Shown here one piece after another: positions 14,901 through 30,400 of a DNA stretch of 64,000 bases (positions are counted from its first letter, which is position 1; the number at the start of each line of letters is the position of its first letter). The stretch is from NCBI RefSeq assembly GCF_022539665.2, contig NC_081332.1, positions 4,092,001-4,156,000 on the forward strand, in the 5' to 3' direction. The notes below the pieces were generated by a model, which was not told the origin of the DNA, searched no databases, and was given only the letters and a program-made list of their open reading frames with translations. Source of the DNA: Daphnia carinata. Taxonomy: Eukaryota. The position numbers were made by a program, and so were the translations under genes.

Positions 14901-17900
14901 CAACGTACATAAATTTTCTAAAATTTCCTGTTTTTACAGAGTTTGTTTTCAAACGTTGCATTTGGAATCGGCAATGCTTACTTAATTGGGCTTGAAGAAA
15001 ATGGAGAAGGTGCTCAGTGGAGTAACATTGGAACAAGTCCCAGAGAAGGGGATTCTTTCTCTCTGTTGGAGTGCATCTTAATGTTGCTACTAGATTCCGT
15101 CGTTTATTTAATATTGACTTGGTACATTGAAACCGTCTTTCCAGGTTTGAAATGAGTTCATACATCACTGAAGAAGAAAATTGTAACATGTGCATTTGTA
15201 TAGGACAATATGGTATCCCGAAACCATGGTATTTTATGTTTCAGTCTTCCTATTGGTTTTCAAGTAAAGACAATTCCAATATCGTGACATTTGGCCCACG
15301 GACTGGAGCAGGTTAGTTTCTAGAAAGTAAGAAGAGTTGACGTATAGATTATTACCTAATTATTTTTTCGCTTACGCTCTCTAGAGAACTCGGATCTCAT
15401 CGAAGACGAATCCAATAGAAATCTGATGGTTGGAGTTAGTATCCGTAATCTTGGAAAAACATATTCTAACGGCAAAGAAGCACTTCGAAATCTCAATATT
15501 GATTTCTATGAGGACCAAATTACTTCCTTTCTTGGACACAATGGAGCCGGGAAAACCACTACAATGTATGGACATTTTATTTTCTAAATAAGGATCTTTC
15601 ACTTAAATGTTTACGCATTCCTTACAGTTCTATCTTGACCGGACTCTTTCCTCCATCGAGTGGCACTGCATCAATCAACGGCTTAGATATCCGTTATCAA
15701 ATAGACGATATTCGGCATCAGCTTGGTGTATGTCCGCAACACAACGTCCTTTTCGATCTGTAAGGACCTCGTACATTTATGCTCACGTATAATTAACTTA
15801 ACTGAAGTATATAATTCTGAATTTACCAACGCAGACTTACAGTGGAGGAGCATTTGCGCTTCTTTGCAAATCTGAAAACCGGAGAACTAGTTGAGTCTCG
15901 AAAAGAAATTGACAAAATGATTGAAGACTTGGGGTTGTCGCACAAAAGGCACGACATATCAGAACACCTATCCGGTGGAATGAAAAGAAAACTATCAATT
16001 GGAGCCGCTTTCATTGGAAATTCAAAGTGAGTGGATTTTTACAAACTTCGTTTTGATCCAGTTGATTAATTATATATCAAACTACAGAACGGTGATTCTA
16101 GACGAACCCACAGCAGGAGTAGATCCTTACTCTCGGCGATCCATCTGGGATATTCTTTTGAAATACAAAGCAGGTACGTTGCCGATAATGTTCGTTGTGT
16201 AATTACCATTCTTAATATGTTTACGTTTTCATATTGCAGGCCGAACCATCATCTTAACTACCCATTTTATGGATGAAGCTGATATACTGGGAGACCGTAT
16301 AGCAATCATTTCACAAGGACAATTGAAATGTTGCGGCTCTTCTCTCTTTCTTAAGCAAAAGCTTGGATCTGGCTACTACCTGACTGTCGTCAGAAAAGAT
16401 AATGCTAGTCGCGACGGCCCGATAAACAACGGTCAAGTGCGTTCGATAGAATACTTTCTAACAACAACAAAAAAGAAATTATTTTTATGTCAATTATAGG
16501 CAAATGAAAACCAAATCCCTCAAAATACAATGGAAATTGATACGGAAAGGATTGTGACCTTGGTGAAGCAACAGATTCCCAATGCAACTATTGTTGAAAA
16601 TGTAGGATCTGATATCGTGTTTTGCCTTCCCGAGTTTGATGAAGCAGGACTTCGCCAGCGAAACAAGTTTCCTCACCTTTTTGATGATATAGACTTGAAT
16701 ATGGAACAACTTCGTGTCGATAGCTATGGCGTTTCGGACACCACTCTTGAAGAGGTAGGTTTTCTCTACTGCTAGCTGCGTGGACAACACTAACCACATT
16801 GCTCAATAGATTTTTTTAAGGGTGGCCGATGATCCTTCCGCTGATTTGAATTTCCCACAGGCCAGCGTTTCTGATCTTGGTATGAAAATCCTCAAACATC
16901 TCTCACTACTGGTGATCCAGAACTTTACATTTTTTTCATCTTCAATTTTAAGGAGACGAAAACCCATACAGGGAGGAAAATGGAGGTTCTGATTCCTTTA
17001 ATTTGGAGTCAAATGAAAAATTGAAAGGAAAAAAATTAGTAGCTCAACAGATGAAAGCAATGTATATTAAAAGATTCAGCAACTCCAAAAGAAATGTAAA
17101 AGGATTCTTCTGTGAGGTATGCATAGCAGATGATTGGGACGATTTGAATAATGAACAGTGGTAAAATTTTGGCATCCTAGATTGTGTTGCCGTGTATCCT
17201 AGTCATCATTGGTGAGCTATTCTCATTGACTCTAGACCTGGAAACTCCTCAGCCAGCTTTAGTTCTTTCACCTTGGCTATACGGAGATGTTAACCAAGTA
17301 TTCTATTCGAATCACGAACCCGATGGAAAATGGGCCAACGCATACGTGCATAATATGTTGAATGAAACGGGAATGGGAGTCAGATGCCTCGATGGTGAGC
17401 CATTGCTTGGGTAAGCACAGTTTATTTTTTGTTTGTTTTCGTTTTTTGCTTTTAGAACAAATGTTTTATTGCTTTTTTTATCCGGTTTTAATCTATGCTT
17501 TACAAATTGCACAGATTAAATTGTTCTCTATATAATATCGGACTACTCAACCCCACTGCTAATCCGGAAATTTATCAAGATATCACCTGCCCCTGCAATG
17601 ACTTTGGCGCTCCAATCTGCCCAGCAAATGCCACACAACAAGGGGAGTTATTCCACTATGGCTCTGTTTCGTACGATGAATTTTATGACCTAGAGGATAA
17701 AAACATATCTACTTGGATTCTTCGGACGCACGAAGAGTTGAACAAAATCAGGTATGTTTAGTGAAATTGCATCTGAGTTTAAGGCTAAACAGATAAGACT
17801 ATTCATTTTATCTGTCCTCATTTGTACTTAACATTCATATGAATTGTGATAAAAAAAGAATCGGTGGTTTCGAATTCGGCGTACATCAGGATCCCCCCCT

Positions 17901-20900
17901 ACAAAATGCTTCTAAAAATAACGTGAGGGTATGTTCAAATGCAAGAGATCATAATTTGAATTTTACGTAATTGAATCTATTTCGCACCCTTTTTCTTCCC
18001 TAACCAGGTGTGGTTTGATAACAAAGCTTGGGCTTCCTCTGTATCCTATTTGAACGCGATCAATAATGTCATCTTGCGTTCATCTTTACCACCATCAAAA
18101 GATCCATTCCTATACGGGATCACTGTGATCAATCACCCAATGGAATTCTCTTCCAGAGAAGTCGTTGACAAGTAAGGCAACCCCTCATTCTTAAAATTAA
18201 GATAATCTGGAAATGATCCTTTGAAATAATTGTCCGATTTCAGCGAACAAGTTGCGGTCAGCCTTGCCTACGCGCTTACGGTTTTATTTGCCTTGAGCTT
18301 CGTACCCGCTTCATTCGTCATTTTCTTGGTAGAGGAACGGACTTCCAAAGCTAAGCATCTGCAGTTTGTCTCCGGTGTGAAACCGACAACCTTTTGGGTA
18401 GCATCGTACACTTGGGATCTGGTAAATAATTTTGAAAATTGAAAAGAACCAAAATCCCAATTTTGACTAACACATTATGGAATTCTAGGTCAACTATTTG
18501 ATTCCATGTATTCTAGTAATCCTGATATTCCTCGCCTTCGGTCAATGGGAATATGTCGGAGAAACAAGCATCGGTGGTTTTATCCTTTTGCTAGTACTTT
18601 TTGGGTGAGTCTCCTGGCTTTCTTTCATAAATTTTATTATGCTACTTTATTCAATCAATGTTTTTGTAGGGTTTCCGCAATCCCGCTGATGTATCCGACA
18701 AGCTTTGTTTTTTCAGTACCGAGCACGGCCTTTGTTGGCCTGGCATGTGCCAATTTATTCGTTGCTATTGTCACAGTGATTTCGTCTTACGTTCTTCAGC
18801 TTTTTGACGATGAGGTAATTATTGCACGAATTAAATTGCTCTTCCAACAATTGATTTTGATCAATTTTTCATGGCAGCACTTGACCGCAGTTGGTGAAAT
18901 CCTTGACCAGGTTTTTCTCATATTCCCGCACTTCTGTTTTGGTAGAGGTCTTATAGATTTAGCTGAAACCTATTTCACAGCAAAGAATTTCGAATTGATT
19001 GGTAAAAGATCAAACTCTTAAATTATCAAGTATTCAGTGCTTTTAAATGATTGCAATTTATGATAATCAGGTGTTGTTTACGAAAGAAACATATTTGACT
19101 GGAATTATCTAGGCCGCTACTTTGTGTGCTTCATATTGCAAGCCATCGTCTTCTTCGCATTTAACCTGATGTTACATTACCCTTTTTTCCCTAAATTGAT
19201 TGCGCGCTATTATCAGGTAATTGTTAAACAAATACTTTTATCATCGGCTTCTTTGTTTACGTTCCCTGATTTTATAATTGAAAATTCCAGAAAAAGAGTT
19301 TGTCACCTTTAGGACCTGAAGATGCAGATGTCGCGCGCGAACGCGCTAGAGTTGAAAAAAGCGATGGTTATATGGATGAGTTGCTCCTACAACGACTGAC
19401 GAAGGTGCGCACACATAAAATGTGTTGATGAAACGTTATCAATTGTAATTCTTTTTAATCTTTGAAGGTTTACAACGGACAGAAGAATCCAGCTACGGAT
19501 AGGTTATCTTTCGGCGTAAAGAAAGGAGAATGCTTTGGATTACTTGGGGTCAATGGCGCTGGAAAGTCCACGACGTTCAAGGTAATTTTACAATCTAATA
19601 GTTTCATATTTCTCGCATTTCTCAGCGACATTATACATTTATACTAGATGTTAACTGGAGATGAAACTGTAACGAATGGAAACGCCTTTGTCGGTGGATC
19701 GTCTATCCTCACGGACTTGAGCGAAGCGCAGCAAAATTTGGGTTAGTTCATCAACTGTAAATGAATTTTTTGCTTCTTAATTCACCTTAAATTACTCGTA
19801 ACAAGGTTATTGTCCACAAGAAGACGCACTTCTGCCTTTGCTGACAGGCGTTGAGCATCTAGAGCTTTTCGCAAGGCTTCGTGGAGTTCCGAAACAGCAT
19901 ATCAATAAGGTGAAAGAACTGATCCGTTCACTGAAATTTTCTTTTAACTGAGTTTTCTTTTATTTGTTTAGCTCGTCAACGATAATCTGAGAAAATTGAG
20001 CCTTATTCCTTACAAAGACCGGTGTGCGGGAACTTACTCTGGAGGAAACAAACGAAAGCTATCGACAGCTATAGCCTTGGTGGGCAACCCTGCGGTCGTA
20101 TTCCTTGTAAGCACAAAGTTCGGATTGAATGTCCAGAATTGTAATTATATCTAATTGAGTGTCTTTACAGGACGAACCTTCCAGCGGTATGGACCCAAGA
20201 GCTCGACGATCTCTTTGGCAAGCTGTGATTGACGCTATTAAAGATAAGCGTTCTGTTTTGCTTACATCGCATTCGATGGAGGAGTGTCAAGTTCTGTGCA
20301 CACGTCTAGCGATCATGGTCAACGGAACGCTCCGATGTTTAGGCTCGGCACAACATCTAAAAAATAGGTTTGATTTCAAAACTCGTTTGTCTTAATTTAT
20401 TGTTTATACTGACTGTAATTTGTTGATAAATTTAAAGGTTTGGCGACGGTTACATGATTAACGTACGTTGCGAAGTGGAGACCATAAGCGAAGTGTTGCA
20501 ATGCGTTGAATCGCTCATTCCCGAAGCTCGACTGCGTGAACGGCGTTCACGTCAACTCATTTGGCACGTCCAACCTAACCTGTTGCAGATTTCAACATTA
20601 TTCCAGCGAATGGAAGACGCTCGAACAGCTACACCTATGGTAAGTGCTTCTATTTATTAAACCAGGTTTTTATAACATTTAAATGCAATGGGATTGCTGT
20701 GGTTCTTTAAATAACCAAAGGTCGACTATTCGATTACCCAAACTACACTGGACGATGTATTTGTCCGCTTTGCACGTCTGCAACGAGAAGTTCTCGACGA
20801 CGGAGCTAGCGAAGGTTCTTTCTAAAATTATTGTTTGTAGTTACAGCTGCTAATGGGTCATTTATTATGTGACAATGCAGAACCCGAATTTGACTTGTCA

Positions 20901-20963
20901 ACGCTTTCTGGAACACATAATAACAGTATTTCAACGGATGACGATCTACTTACCGCCCTCTAA
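12000..20963 (+). CDS. ABC transporter subfamily A, paralog 2 (tandem duplicate), multi-exon
   Basis: Starts [21 protein letters not shown]. Same TMD-NBD-TMD-NBD motifs and largely shared intron positions with paralog 1. Stop TAA at 20961-20963. Confidence 0.95.
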
Positions 20964-21493
20964 AGAAAAATCCGTCGAAACTCTTTTAAAGTATATATTT
21001 CTAATTTATACTCATATTGGACTATGATTGTAGGATTCTGTCACCGCAAAAAAACGAAATTCGATGAGACTAAACGGTTGACGTTGTGAAATGGGTTGCG
21101 ACCTATTTAAAATTTATTGACTGTATTGGAGTTTCAGTTTGCAGGAGCGAATAGCCATAACCTAAATATGTGTTGGTGCAATCCGGCGATTTGATGCCGT
21201 GTGGTCTTCGCCATTTAGCTCACAGTGAGCCGGGCAGAGCCGCCCGTTTTGCCTACTTGTGTTTCGCTAAGGTTCGCATTCGCGCCAAATAATTCGTCAC
21301 GCGATGAGTGTGGTGTGCATGGATATTACTTCGTCTACACGATCTTCAATTGGTTAAAAGTCTCTCGCCCCAGATGATCTGGTTTCCGTTTTTTTTATTC
21401 CAACCCTCCTCATTTCCCTTCGAACTTTCTATATCAAAGACATTGAGCCTGATCTTGCCAGTTCGTTTTCGCAGTTTCCCAGAGACGCTTGCG

Positions 21494-24400
21494 ATGGTGT
21501 GCCTCCGCCGACTCGTCGGATTCACGTTCATTCTACTTGTGTTTAAAGCCAATGGAGTTCAAACTGGGGTCAGTGGACCACTGTTAGCTTGCCATGTTCC
21601 ATTGGAAGTGAAAATTTTCGGTATGTTTGTACTTACGTTATTCTTTAAATTGATGGATTTTTAGCGTCTGTTCAATATTAATGATTGATAATTTTAATCC
21701 ATTTAGCTGATTCATCCTATCAAGCTTCATCGGCTGATTTGAAACCGTGCACGCACATCATTCTGAGCAGTGCCAACGCACTTTTCCTGCCCAGCAGCAA
21801 CGCCTCTTTAGCATCTATCCTGGTTAGTGAAAAACGCAGCTTAGAATTACTCAAGCAACAAACTCCCGAAGCCGAATTCAGTTTCAGCCTTCGGTCCAGC
21901 AACACGGTGCCCGCAACGAGACACCTGAAAACAATTTTCAATGGGACATCATCCGTTGCCCTGTTGGTCGAATTTTTGCGAATCAATAAGCTCAAGAGCT
22001 TCGACATTGCTTGGGACTTGATTCAATCTGCTCCAGACTATGGTCCACAGTTGAAAAGCTTGAGAACTACCCTAGGAAAAGAAGGATTCAGTTTGACTAC
22101 TACGATCGGTGTGGAAGTTGATCGCATCGACGCATTCAATGTGACTAAGATCGCCTCCATCGTGGACCGTATCTTTCTCGTGTCCTCTTACAATCGTCAC
22201 TACAGTGGTAGTCAATATCCTTTAACCGAAAAAAAGGTAGAACAGCCGTTCGATGCCCTAGAACTAAACGAAGGAACGTTCTTGAAACTCTACTCTACAT
22301 TAAATTTGAGCTGGAAAAAGATCGTCGTTGGGTTATCCCTGAAAACGCTTGTGTGGAAACTCAACTTGGGGACGATAGCAGGCACGCAGTTTAGCCAGTA
22401 CCAAGCTGTTCTGCAACTCCAGAACTACTATGAATCATGCAAAACAGTCAATAGCAGCTGGCGACTTCAACAGCAACCAACAAGTCCATTTTATCAACTT
22501 GCTGTAGCTCCCAATAATGATCAATGGATGATCCATATCGATCCTTTGACGCTGGGCAGGCGTGTGGACCTATTGAAGCAATATGGTTTCGGTGGAGTGG
22601 CTCTCTACGATTACTATCAGGCAAGTTTATCTCAGCTGACAGTTTTGGGTGTTCACGATCTTATTTATTCTGTTGATCACGTGATTTAGGATGATTTCGC
22701 AGGTATCTGCAACCCCAAGGGAAAGATTTACCCTATGATTGAACAGGCCGGCCGAAGCATTCGTAACGGCAATTTGACAAAGCCCTTTCCGAAGATTGAC
22801 GTAAATAATGGATTCTGCATTCCATTTCTCGGACTGACCAGTGAATGCAATGGGGCCTTCAACTTGGGAACGCCAGAAATAAGTACCACGTCGTTGGAAT
22901 TAACTAGCACTTCTACGTCATCTACTGTTCCAGTTACAAGAACCACGTTTCCGGTCGTGAATAATACGCCTACACGTGAATCGTATGCGGCAGAAACTGG
23001 TGTTACGGTGCCAAGTTCTTCAACAAGTGGTGCCACTATTGCTATGGCTTCTTCCTGGGCTCAGGTGGCGGATGCTGAACATCTGGTTCGCACTAGAAGG
23101 AGTTCAGTTTCATCAAGCGACTTGGGAACAGAGCCTTCATTTTCCTATTTGAGGCCTCCTGGCTTTGATTTGGTGGACATTGCACCCAGTCTTTCGTCAT
23201 GTGAGTAATACGCTGTTATTCTATGCTTTGGAAACTTCTTATGTTTCATTAATAATTAATGATTCTTGTGTCGTATAGCAAATAGCAACGTAGGATCACC
23301 TGCTTCGAAATCTTCTACTACAACAAATGTTACTCGAAATATAGTAACGAAAGCTTCCAAAGGGAAAGTTGAGCCATCCCATGATAATCAGACAAACTTG
23401 TCAGATGCTGTCACAACTACGATCAGCCAAACGCTTGAATTGCCTACAACAGCTGGGAACCAGGCAATGCTAGCGATTCAAGAAACTACACAGTCAACCA
23501 CGGATATTGGTATGCAAGAGAATATAGAGCAGTCCCCCGAACTATTAACATTTTAACCCATGCATTTCCCTATATCATCAGTGTCTTCTAAAGTATCATC
23601 ATGGAAGTTTGAAATTCCGACTGCCGCCCCGTCCTTTTCCAATCCGCTATCAGAGTTGGATACATTTGCAGAAAACGAACCTCGGATCGGCACACCTTTA
23701 CGGAGCTGTAATCCTATCAAATAAAATTTGGATCATGGACCATAAGAACTAATTATTTTATCCGACAGCCATCGAGAATGGAGCACCCGCTGTATCACCG
23801 ACTTCTACATCTGAAATTGATCGGACGACGGATTCTACCATTGTTTCAACCGTTCCGTCATCTCAGGCGGTTATGACGTCATTTCAAACTGAAGTGGAAC
23901 CCTCGAACAACTGTAACTAGATTCTTATGTTCAACGTAACACGACCTCTTACTGGACTCTTTCCTATTTTCTCTTTTCTTGTTTAGTTGAGGCCACCACT
24001 GAAGTCATAATGTACGTTTCAGATAGCACAGAGAACACTGTACCTCCATCAAAGGCTGAATTAGATTTACATTATAGTTCGACAACCAGACCTCAAGCTG
24101 CAATAGATCAAGATCCAACAGCTCCAAGTCAGTATTCTGGGTTTACAGGTGAACCGATGGAGCAAATCACACCTGAGCTTTCGACCTTAGCTGATAACAA
24201 TCTGGAATCGCCCAGTAATGTCCCAATGCACTCGGCAATAACGGATGTTGAGTATGAGGCGCCAGTGCTTCAAGAGCTTGTTGCTCCGTCAGTACAACAA
24301 GTAAAGGAAGATGACGAAAGCACCTCTGCGTTCACGATGTCGACAGAATATCCAAGTTCGACCCTTTTATCAACAGCAAGTTTAATGTCTAACGAAGATG

Positions 24401-27400
24401 CACCATCTTCGTTGGGTATGGATTTTTCAACGCCGCATGTAACACCTATTGCGGAGGAAGATGTTGGCGAAGTGGAATCGGAGAAGATTGTCTCATCGGA
24501 AAACACATTTTCAGTTGAGGAATGGCACACATCCGAAGGAAGCTTTAGCAGTGAAACTCCTTTGATACATTCTACTGTCTTCAATATGTTATCTGTCAAA
24601 GAAAGTCTTCCAGAAGACACAGGAATCACATGGACGGAGGACCCTAGTACTGCCTTTGCAGACGTGTCTATTACCAAAGAAGTGGCATCAGTTCTTGAAG
24701 AAGGGCCCGTGGAAAGCAATCTTCCATCTCAAATATTCTTCTCGAATATTGAACCACTCTTTCCTATGATGGATGATGATTTAACATCATTAATGCCTGA
24801 CATGACAGAAATATCTACGAAGTATTCCAGTTCCAGTCCCACAGATTCGATTACTCCCATTGAAGAAACGTCGTTTTTTATTCATTTGGATATTTCGACG
24901 ACCCAGACGCCTATCGTTTTCGACGCTAGTACTGTTGCTATTGCATCAACAGATAATGATTTTGTGAAACCAGATCCTGTCTTTGGTAAATCTCAGTCTG
25001 AAACGACGTTGGTAACAGATTTCAATGAAATTGAATTTACCGAGCCATTCCAAGAAACTTTCTCTGGTGAATCAGCTGTGCCTACCACATCGATCGATGT
25101 CGAAATGGCAGAGACATCCACTGAAGACGAAATTAATTTACCTGCAGTTTCACTTAACGAGAAGATAACTTCCATTGAAATTGCGCCAACAACTCTGCAA
25201 ACATCCACGGAAAGTAGTTTTCCTATTTTTGACGAGAGTTCTTCGACGATTGAATCGATTCCACCTTTCACCTTTGCGGATTCCTCTTCCACGTATTTAA
25301 ATCCAAATATCATGGAATCGTCTACCCAGAAGCAGTATTTTGATTCTAGTCTATCAGATCCTGAAAATGCTGAAGAAATACAATCGTCTAATGACCTTTC
25401 GACACCTGATGATTCCACTGTTGTGGATATTACCAGTACCGAAAACAATCCGTCTTCTGCGACGAATCTCTCATTGGAACTCGAAGATTCTGAAGGTAGT
25501 TCATCGGGGACTGAATTGAACTCGCACGAAGTTTTCACAGAGTCAGAGCCACTGTTTTCTACATCCACTGACATTGAAATAATGGACGTTCAGACAGTTA
25601 GTAACAAAGAAATTGCTGATCTTTCATCCACAACTCTATTTGCTGAAGAGCTTGTAATCAGCGAACTTTCGTCTGTATCCATGGAAACCTCGGCCGAAGT
25701 TAATCCTTCAGTCTCTAACGAAGTGTCTTCGACATTTGAACCAATCCCACATTCCGACTTGAGAGATACGTCTTCCACGCCCCTTTACAATATCGTGGAC
25801 CTTTTAACTACAAATTCTCCAAGTCTGCGTGACGTTATCACTGCGGAAACTAAACTAGTGGACGAGAAAAATGAATTCGTCTCTTCTACGACAAACAGTC
25901 TCTACCTGGAAGATTCCCAAACAAACCTTTCAACCGACGTCGTGGTTTCATCACGTATTTCATTCGCTGCCGATGAAAACAACAATGTCGATACTACTCT
26001 TTCCTTAGATACGGCAGAGCCAACAGAAAGTGTTCCAGTTTCTACAATAGAAGATGACTCACACATAGCTGGAGAAGGTCGTTTTTCAAGCACGATCTAT
26101 GCATCCCTGGAACAAACGTCAATGCCCTTGGAAACAAATCCTTCAGTATTAATGACTGTTTCCACTGATCCTTCGTTGTTGCATTCTACATCTATGGAGA
26201 TAACGAGCAGTTCGGAAGGTTATGAATTATCTACTCCTGTAACCGTAGCGTCCTCTAACGAGGACTTTGCCATCGTCGAATTATCACCAATTGAAACTGG
26301 AACATCGACCGAAGGTTCTTCTTTAATTGCTGACGAATTTTCTGGGACATCTGAACTGCCATCTAACTTTGTAGATACTTCCCCATTTTCTATCCCCGCT
26401 GAATTGCCCACGGCTCGTCTGAATTTCCTTACTGAAAATTCAATAACGTTCAGCCAAGATGCACAAATTCTTACTGCAGATGAGTTTCAAACCTTACCTA
26501 TTTTGCACGAAGTAACCAATTATGGTACTGCATTAATGGACAAGGAAGATGACGGCGTCTCATCTACAACAAGCCTTGACGTGGAAGATTACCAGCCAAA
26601 CATTCCAACACTTTCTTCAGTCATTCCCATCGATATGTCTGACTCTTTCAGTGGTTCCTTCGAAGATACCGTGGCATCATTCGAAACAAATCCTTCCGTC
26701 TTAATGACTGACTCGCCTACCAGTGCATCATTTCAATCGTTTGACACATTAGACGAACAGTCCGGAGATTTCCCTACTTTTGAGCCATCGTTGTCCACCA
26801 CGAGTCCTCCAATCTCAGGTGAAGTTCAACCGTTCGGAACAGACTTGACAACATCAGACGAAGAATTGACAGAAACTTCGACCCCGACATTAATTTTTGA
26901 AAACGAAAGTTTGGAAGATCACTCGTTCTTAACCCAGAATGAGGATGGAAGCGGAACCTCAGAACTAATTTCTACTGACCAACCACATGAAACTGTCAGC
27001 ATCCCCGAAATTGCTGTAACGGCTAGTCCAATCACGATACTCCCTTCTTCGCTTGCCGGTGTACATCTCAAACTTGACGAGGACTTATTTACTAGCAGTT
27101 TTGCATCGATACAAATTTCTGATACTTCAGAATCTTCAACTATCAGCGATATTTCGTCAACTGATGTGACATTTGAAAGTACGGCATTCCCAATTGCTAC
27201 CTCTGCCGAATCGATTGTTGATACGACAGTTTTCCCTTCACAACCCGCAACTTACAGCCCAATTGAATTAAGTACGCCTTCGGTGCTGCCACTGGATTAT
27301 GATGTGATGGCTAGCTCTACAACTGTATTGGATAACAATATTTCGGAAGGCTCTGGATATTTCCTCGGTTCCAGTCGCCCGTTGGTAGACTCATTCGTGG

Positions 27401-30400
27401 ATACCTTTTCCACCGATCCATCGCTACCGTATACGTTAGAAAACCTGGAGGTAACAAGCATTCCGGAAAATGTTGAAGGATCTGCTATTTCAGCTGTAAC
27501 GTCTTCAGAGGAGCAGTTTGCCGTTAGCAAATCTTCACCAAGTATTTTGGAAGTATCAACCGAAGGCGCTACGTTAATGTCCGATGAATTTTCTGGAGCA
27601 TCTGAACTGCCCCATGGCCTTGCACACACTTCGACATTTTTCATGCCGTCCGAATTGTCAACCAATCATCTCAATTTTATTTCTGAAAATCCATTGACGC
27701 TCAGCACAAATATGCAAAATCTTATCGAAGAGAAGCTTTCATCTTCTGTTTTACCTATTTTATCGGAAATTACGACTTCTGGCACTGAACCGTTGGACAT
27801 CGAAAACAGCCATGTATCACCTACGACCAGCCTCATGAAAGATTTCCAATCAAACGTACCATCTGAGGAAACTCGATCTTCGCCCATCCCTTTTGATATG
27901 TCAGTCTCTTTTAGTGGTTCATTCGAACCAGTAATGACCGATTCACTTACCACTGCATCATTGCTGCCTGTTGACATATCAGACGAATTATCTGAAAATT
28001 TCGTTTCTTTTGGCCCAACAGCTTCAAATTCGTTAAATGAGTTTCAACAACTGGCAGATTTTACGACGTCTGGTGAAAGAGTTTCGACCGTGGTACCAAT
28101 TTTCGAAAACGAAGGCTCTGCTGAAAACTCGATCTTAACTGTAGAAGACGAAGGCTCTGCCGAAAACTCGATCTTAACTCTTGAAGACGAAGGAAGTGGA
28201 ACAGTAACGTTAGGTTTTTTAAATGCAACTGCCGAACCAAGTCAAACTCCGGATATCATTTCTGAAATTGATTTGACTACAAATGGAGTTAGTTTACCAT
28301 TTTCTTCGCCAGCTGCCAGCATCTGGGAAACACTTCACACCTTCGATGGAACATCCGCGTTTAATGTTGAAAGTACGTCAGCAAGCGGAGTATCAGACAA
28401 TCTGATCGAGCAAGAACTTCCAAGTGATTCATTTGCGGCTATTGGAACTACTAATGTCAGTCCGTTGAGTAGTTCTTCTGAAATGGCAATCGCCCTCACA
28501 TTGCCAACAACTAGCGATAATTTATCACCTGAAAATCCATCGAGTCAGTTGCCTATGAGTGTTACAGGTTCTGCTGGATCACAGTCTTCATTAGAGTTAA
28601 CAACGCCTCTGCCATCTTTTACGCCGAATGTTCTACATCTTTCCAGTCCAATCTTCGATGCGGTGACTGTGTCATTAAAACCCCCTTCAGCTTACAACAT
28701 GATTGCTAGTTCGACAGGAGTCTGGAACAACCCTTCATCAGTGAGTTCTGACTCACCTTTGGATAGTTTCAGTGGTTCGTCATACTCGCCATCCACTTCT
28801 ACTACAGACGTGAACACACCTGACATTTCAACGTATTCGTTCAATTCGTTTCCTGTAACGTTTGGGGCTTCATGGACTTCTCCGGTATCGACCGCCTCAT
28901 CCGAATTTCCACCTTCAACAACTTCTGGTTCAGCAACGGTGCCTTCTTCTTCTTCGTCTACTATTGTAGAGTCGACGACCTCCTCTAATCCAGTGCCTTC
29001 GTCTTCAACGAACTCTGCAATCGTGATGTCAATCTCTCCAAATGCTTCAGAAATTCCAACAACTGTTCCTCCAATCATAAACCTATGGAATTTATTAATC
29101 GGAAAGATAACCACAGCCGATAGAATCCTTTTTTTAACAAAAAATGTGACGTCAATCTCTCCGCTGACCGATGGCATCACTTCCTTTTTACATAAAGGAG
29201 AGCTTGAAGGTTCATCAACATCTTCAATGCCTAGCCCAAATGAAAACTCAGGTAAATATCAATTTATAATTTTATTGCTTACGACATAACTCAAAAACTC
29301 ATTTTAAATCCCATAGAAAATTCCGACTTTGTAACTCGTCCGTTTTGGCTGGTAAATCGTCCCAATGGAAATTCACCTTTTGTATTATCAACCAGCCAAA
29401 CATTTTCGAAAGACAGCACGCCGACATCTGTTGCTATGTCTCGCACAACGACACCTAACGCTGAGCCTTCCGTGCGGACGTCAACGATTGACTCTTTTAC
29501 ACACTCAGGTATACATTAATAGGATGTAAACAATGCAAACACCTCAACTCTTGTCTATTTCAGTTGCAGATCTCTTTTTGACTCGTCCGGTTTGGTTACA
29601 AAATAATAGCACGAAGCTGTCAAAGTTAACAACCACACGTCCATCCAGCCCAACAACATCGTCCACCGAAGGTAGGGTTTCTATTATTATTACCTATCAG
29701 TACAAGCCATCAAAGTTCAATGAATTGTCAGTACTTCACGACGTCACTTCTGAATCGACACCATCAACAATGATGCCTCTGCCAATAACTTCGTCTCCGT
29801 TGAATTTGTCGACTAATGCGAATCTAATCGTCAACGGCCATGCCTACATTAAGAACTGCACAGAACATGTAGTGCATTCGTCTTCTTCCGTCACTTCTGT
29901 TACCGATGACGTCGTCAAGAAAGTTATCTTCCAAATGAACATGACAGCTGACATGGCAAATCAACTGAATTCTTCGTTTCATTTCGAGAAATGGTCAGAA
30001 GCACTGAATCAATTTCTCAGTTCACATTTGAAAATTCAGCAGAAAGAAATCCAATCATCAATCATTTGTGAGGCTGCTGAAGATTCAATACTTCTTAAAT
30101 CTCTATTATGTTTCAACCAATCACCCAAAGGAGAACATTTCCAGAATCTTATGCAACTCATTAAACACTTAGCTCCGGCAATTATTGCTAACTTGACAAC
30201 GGCTATGAATCAAACAGAAATTCAGAACTCTGTCAATGTAACTGACTTCGAAATTAACCACTCCAGTATGACACCAAGTGGTAAAGAAACTAGCACTGAA
30301 TCAACTGTCCCCATATCCACTGAAAGTACCACAATGTCAACTCTTCTGATGCAGCACTTTACAGAATCTTTCCTTCTAAACTTAACAACTTCTTTCAGCA

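Noticed and set aside
24270..29180. Many 60-190 aa minus-strand ORFs
   Set aside because: They are antisense shadows of the long S/T/E-rich coding exon, with no independent motifs.
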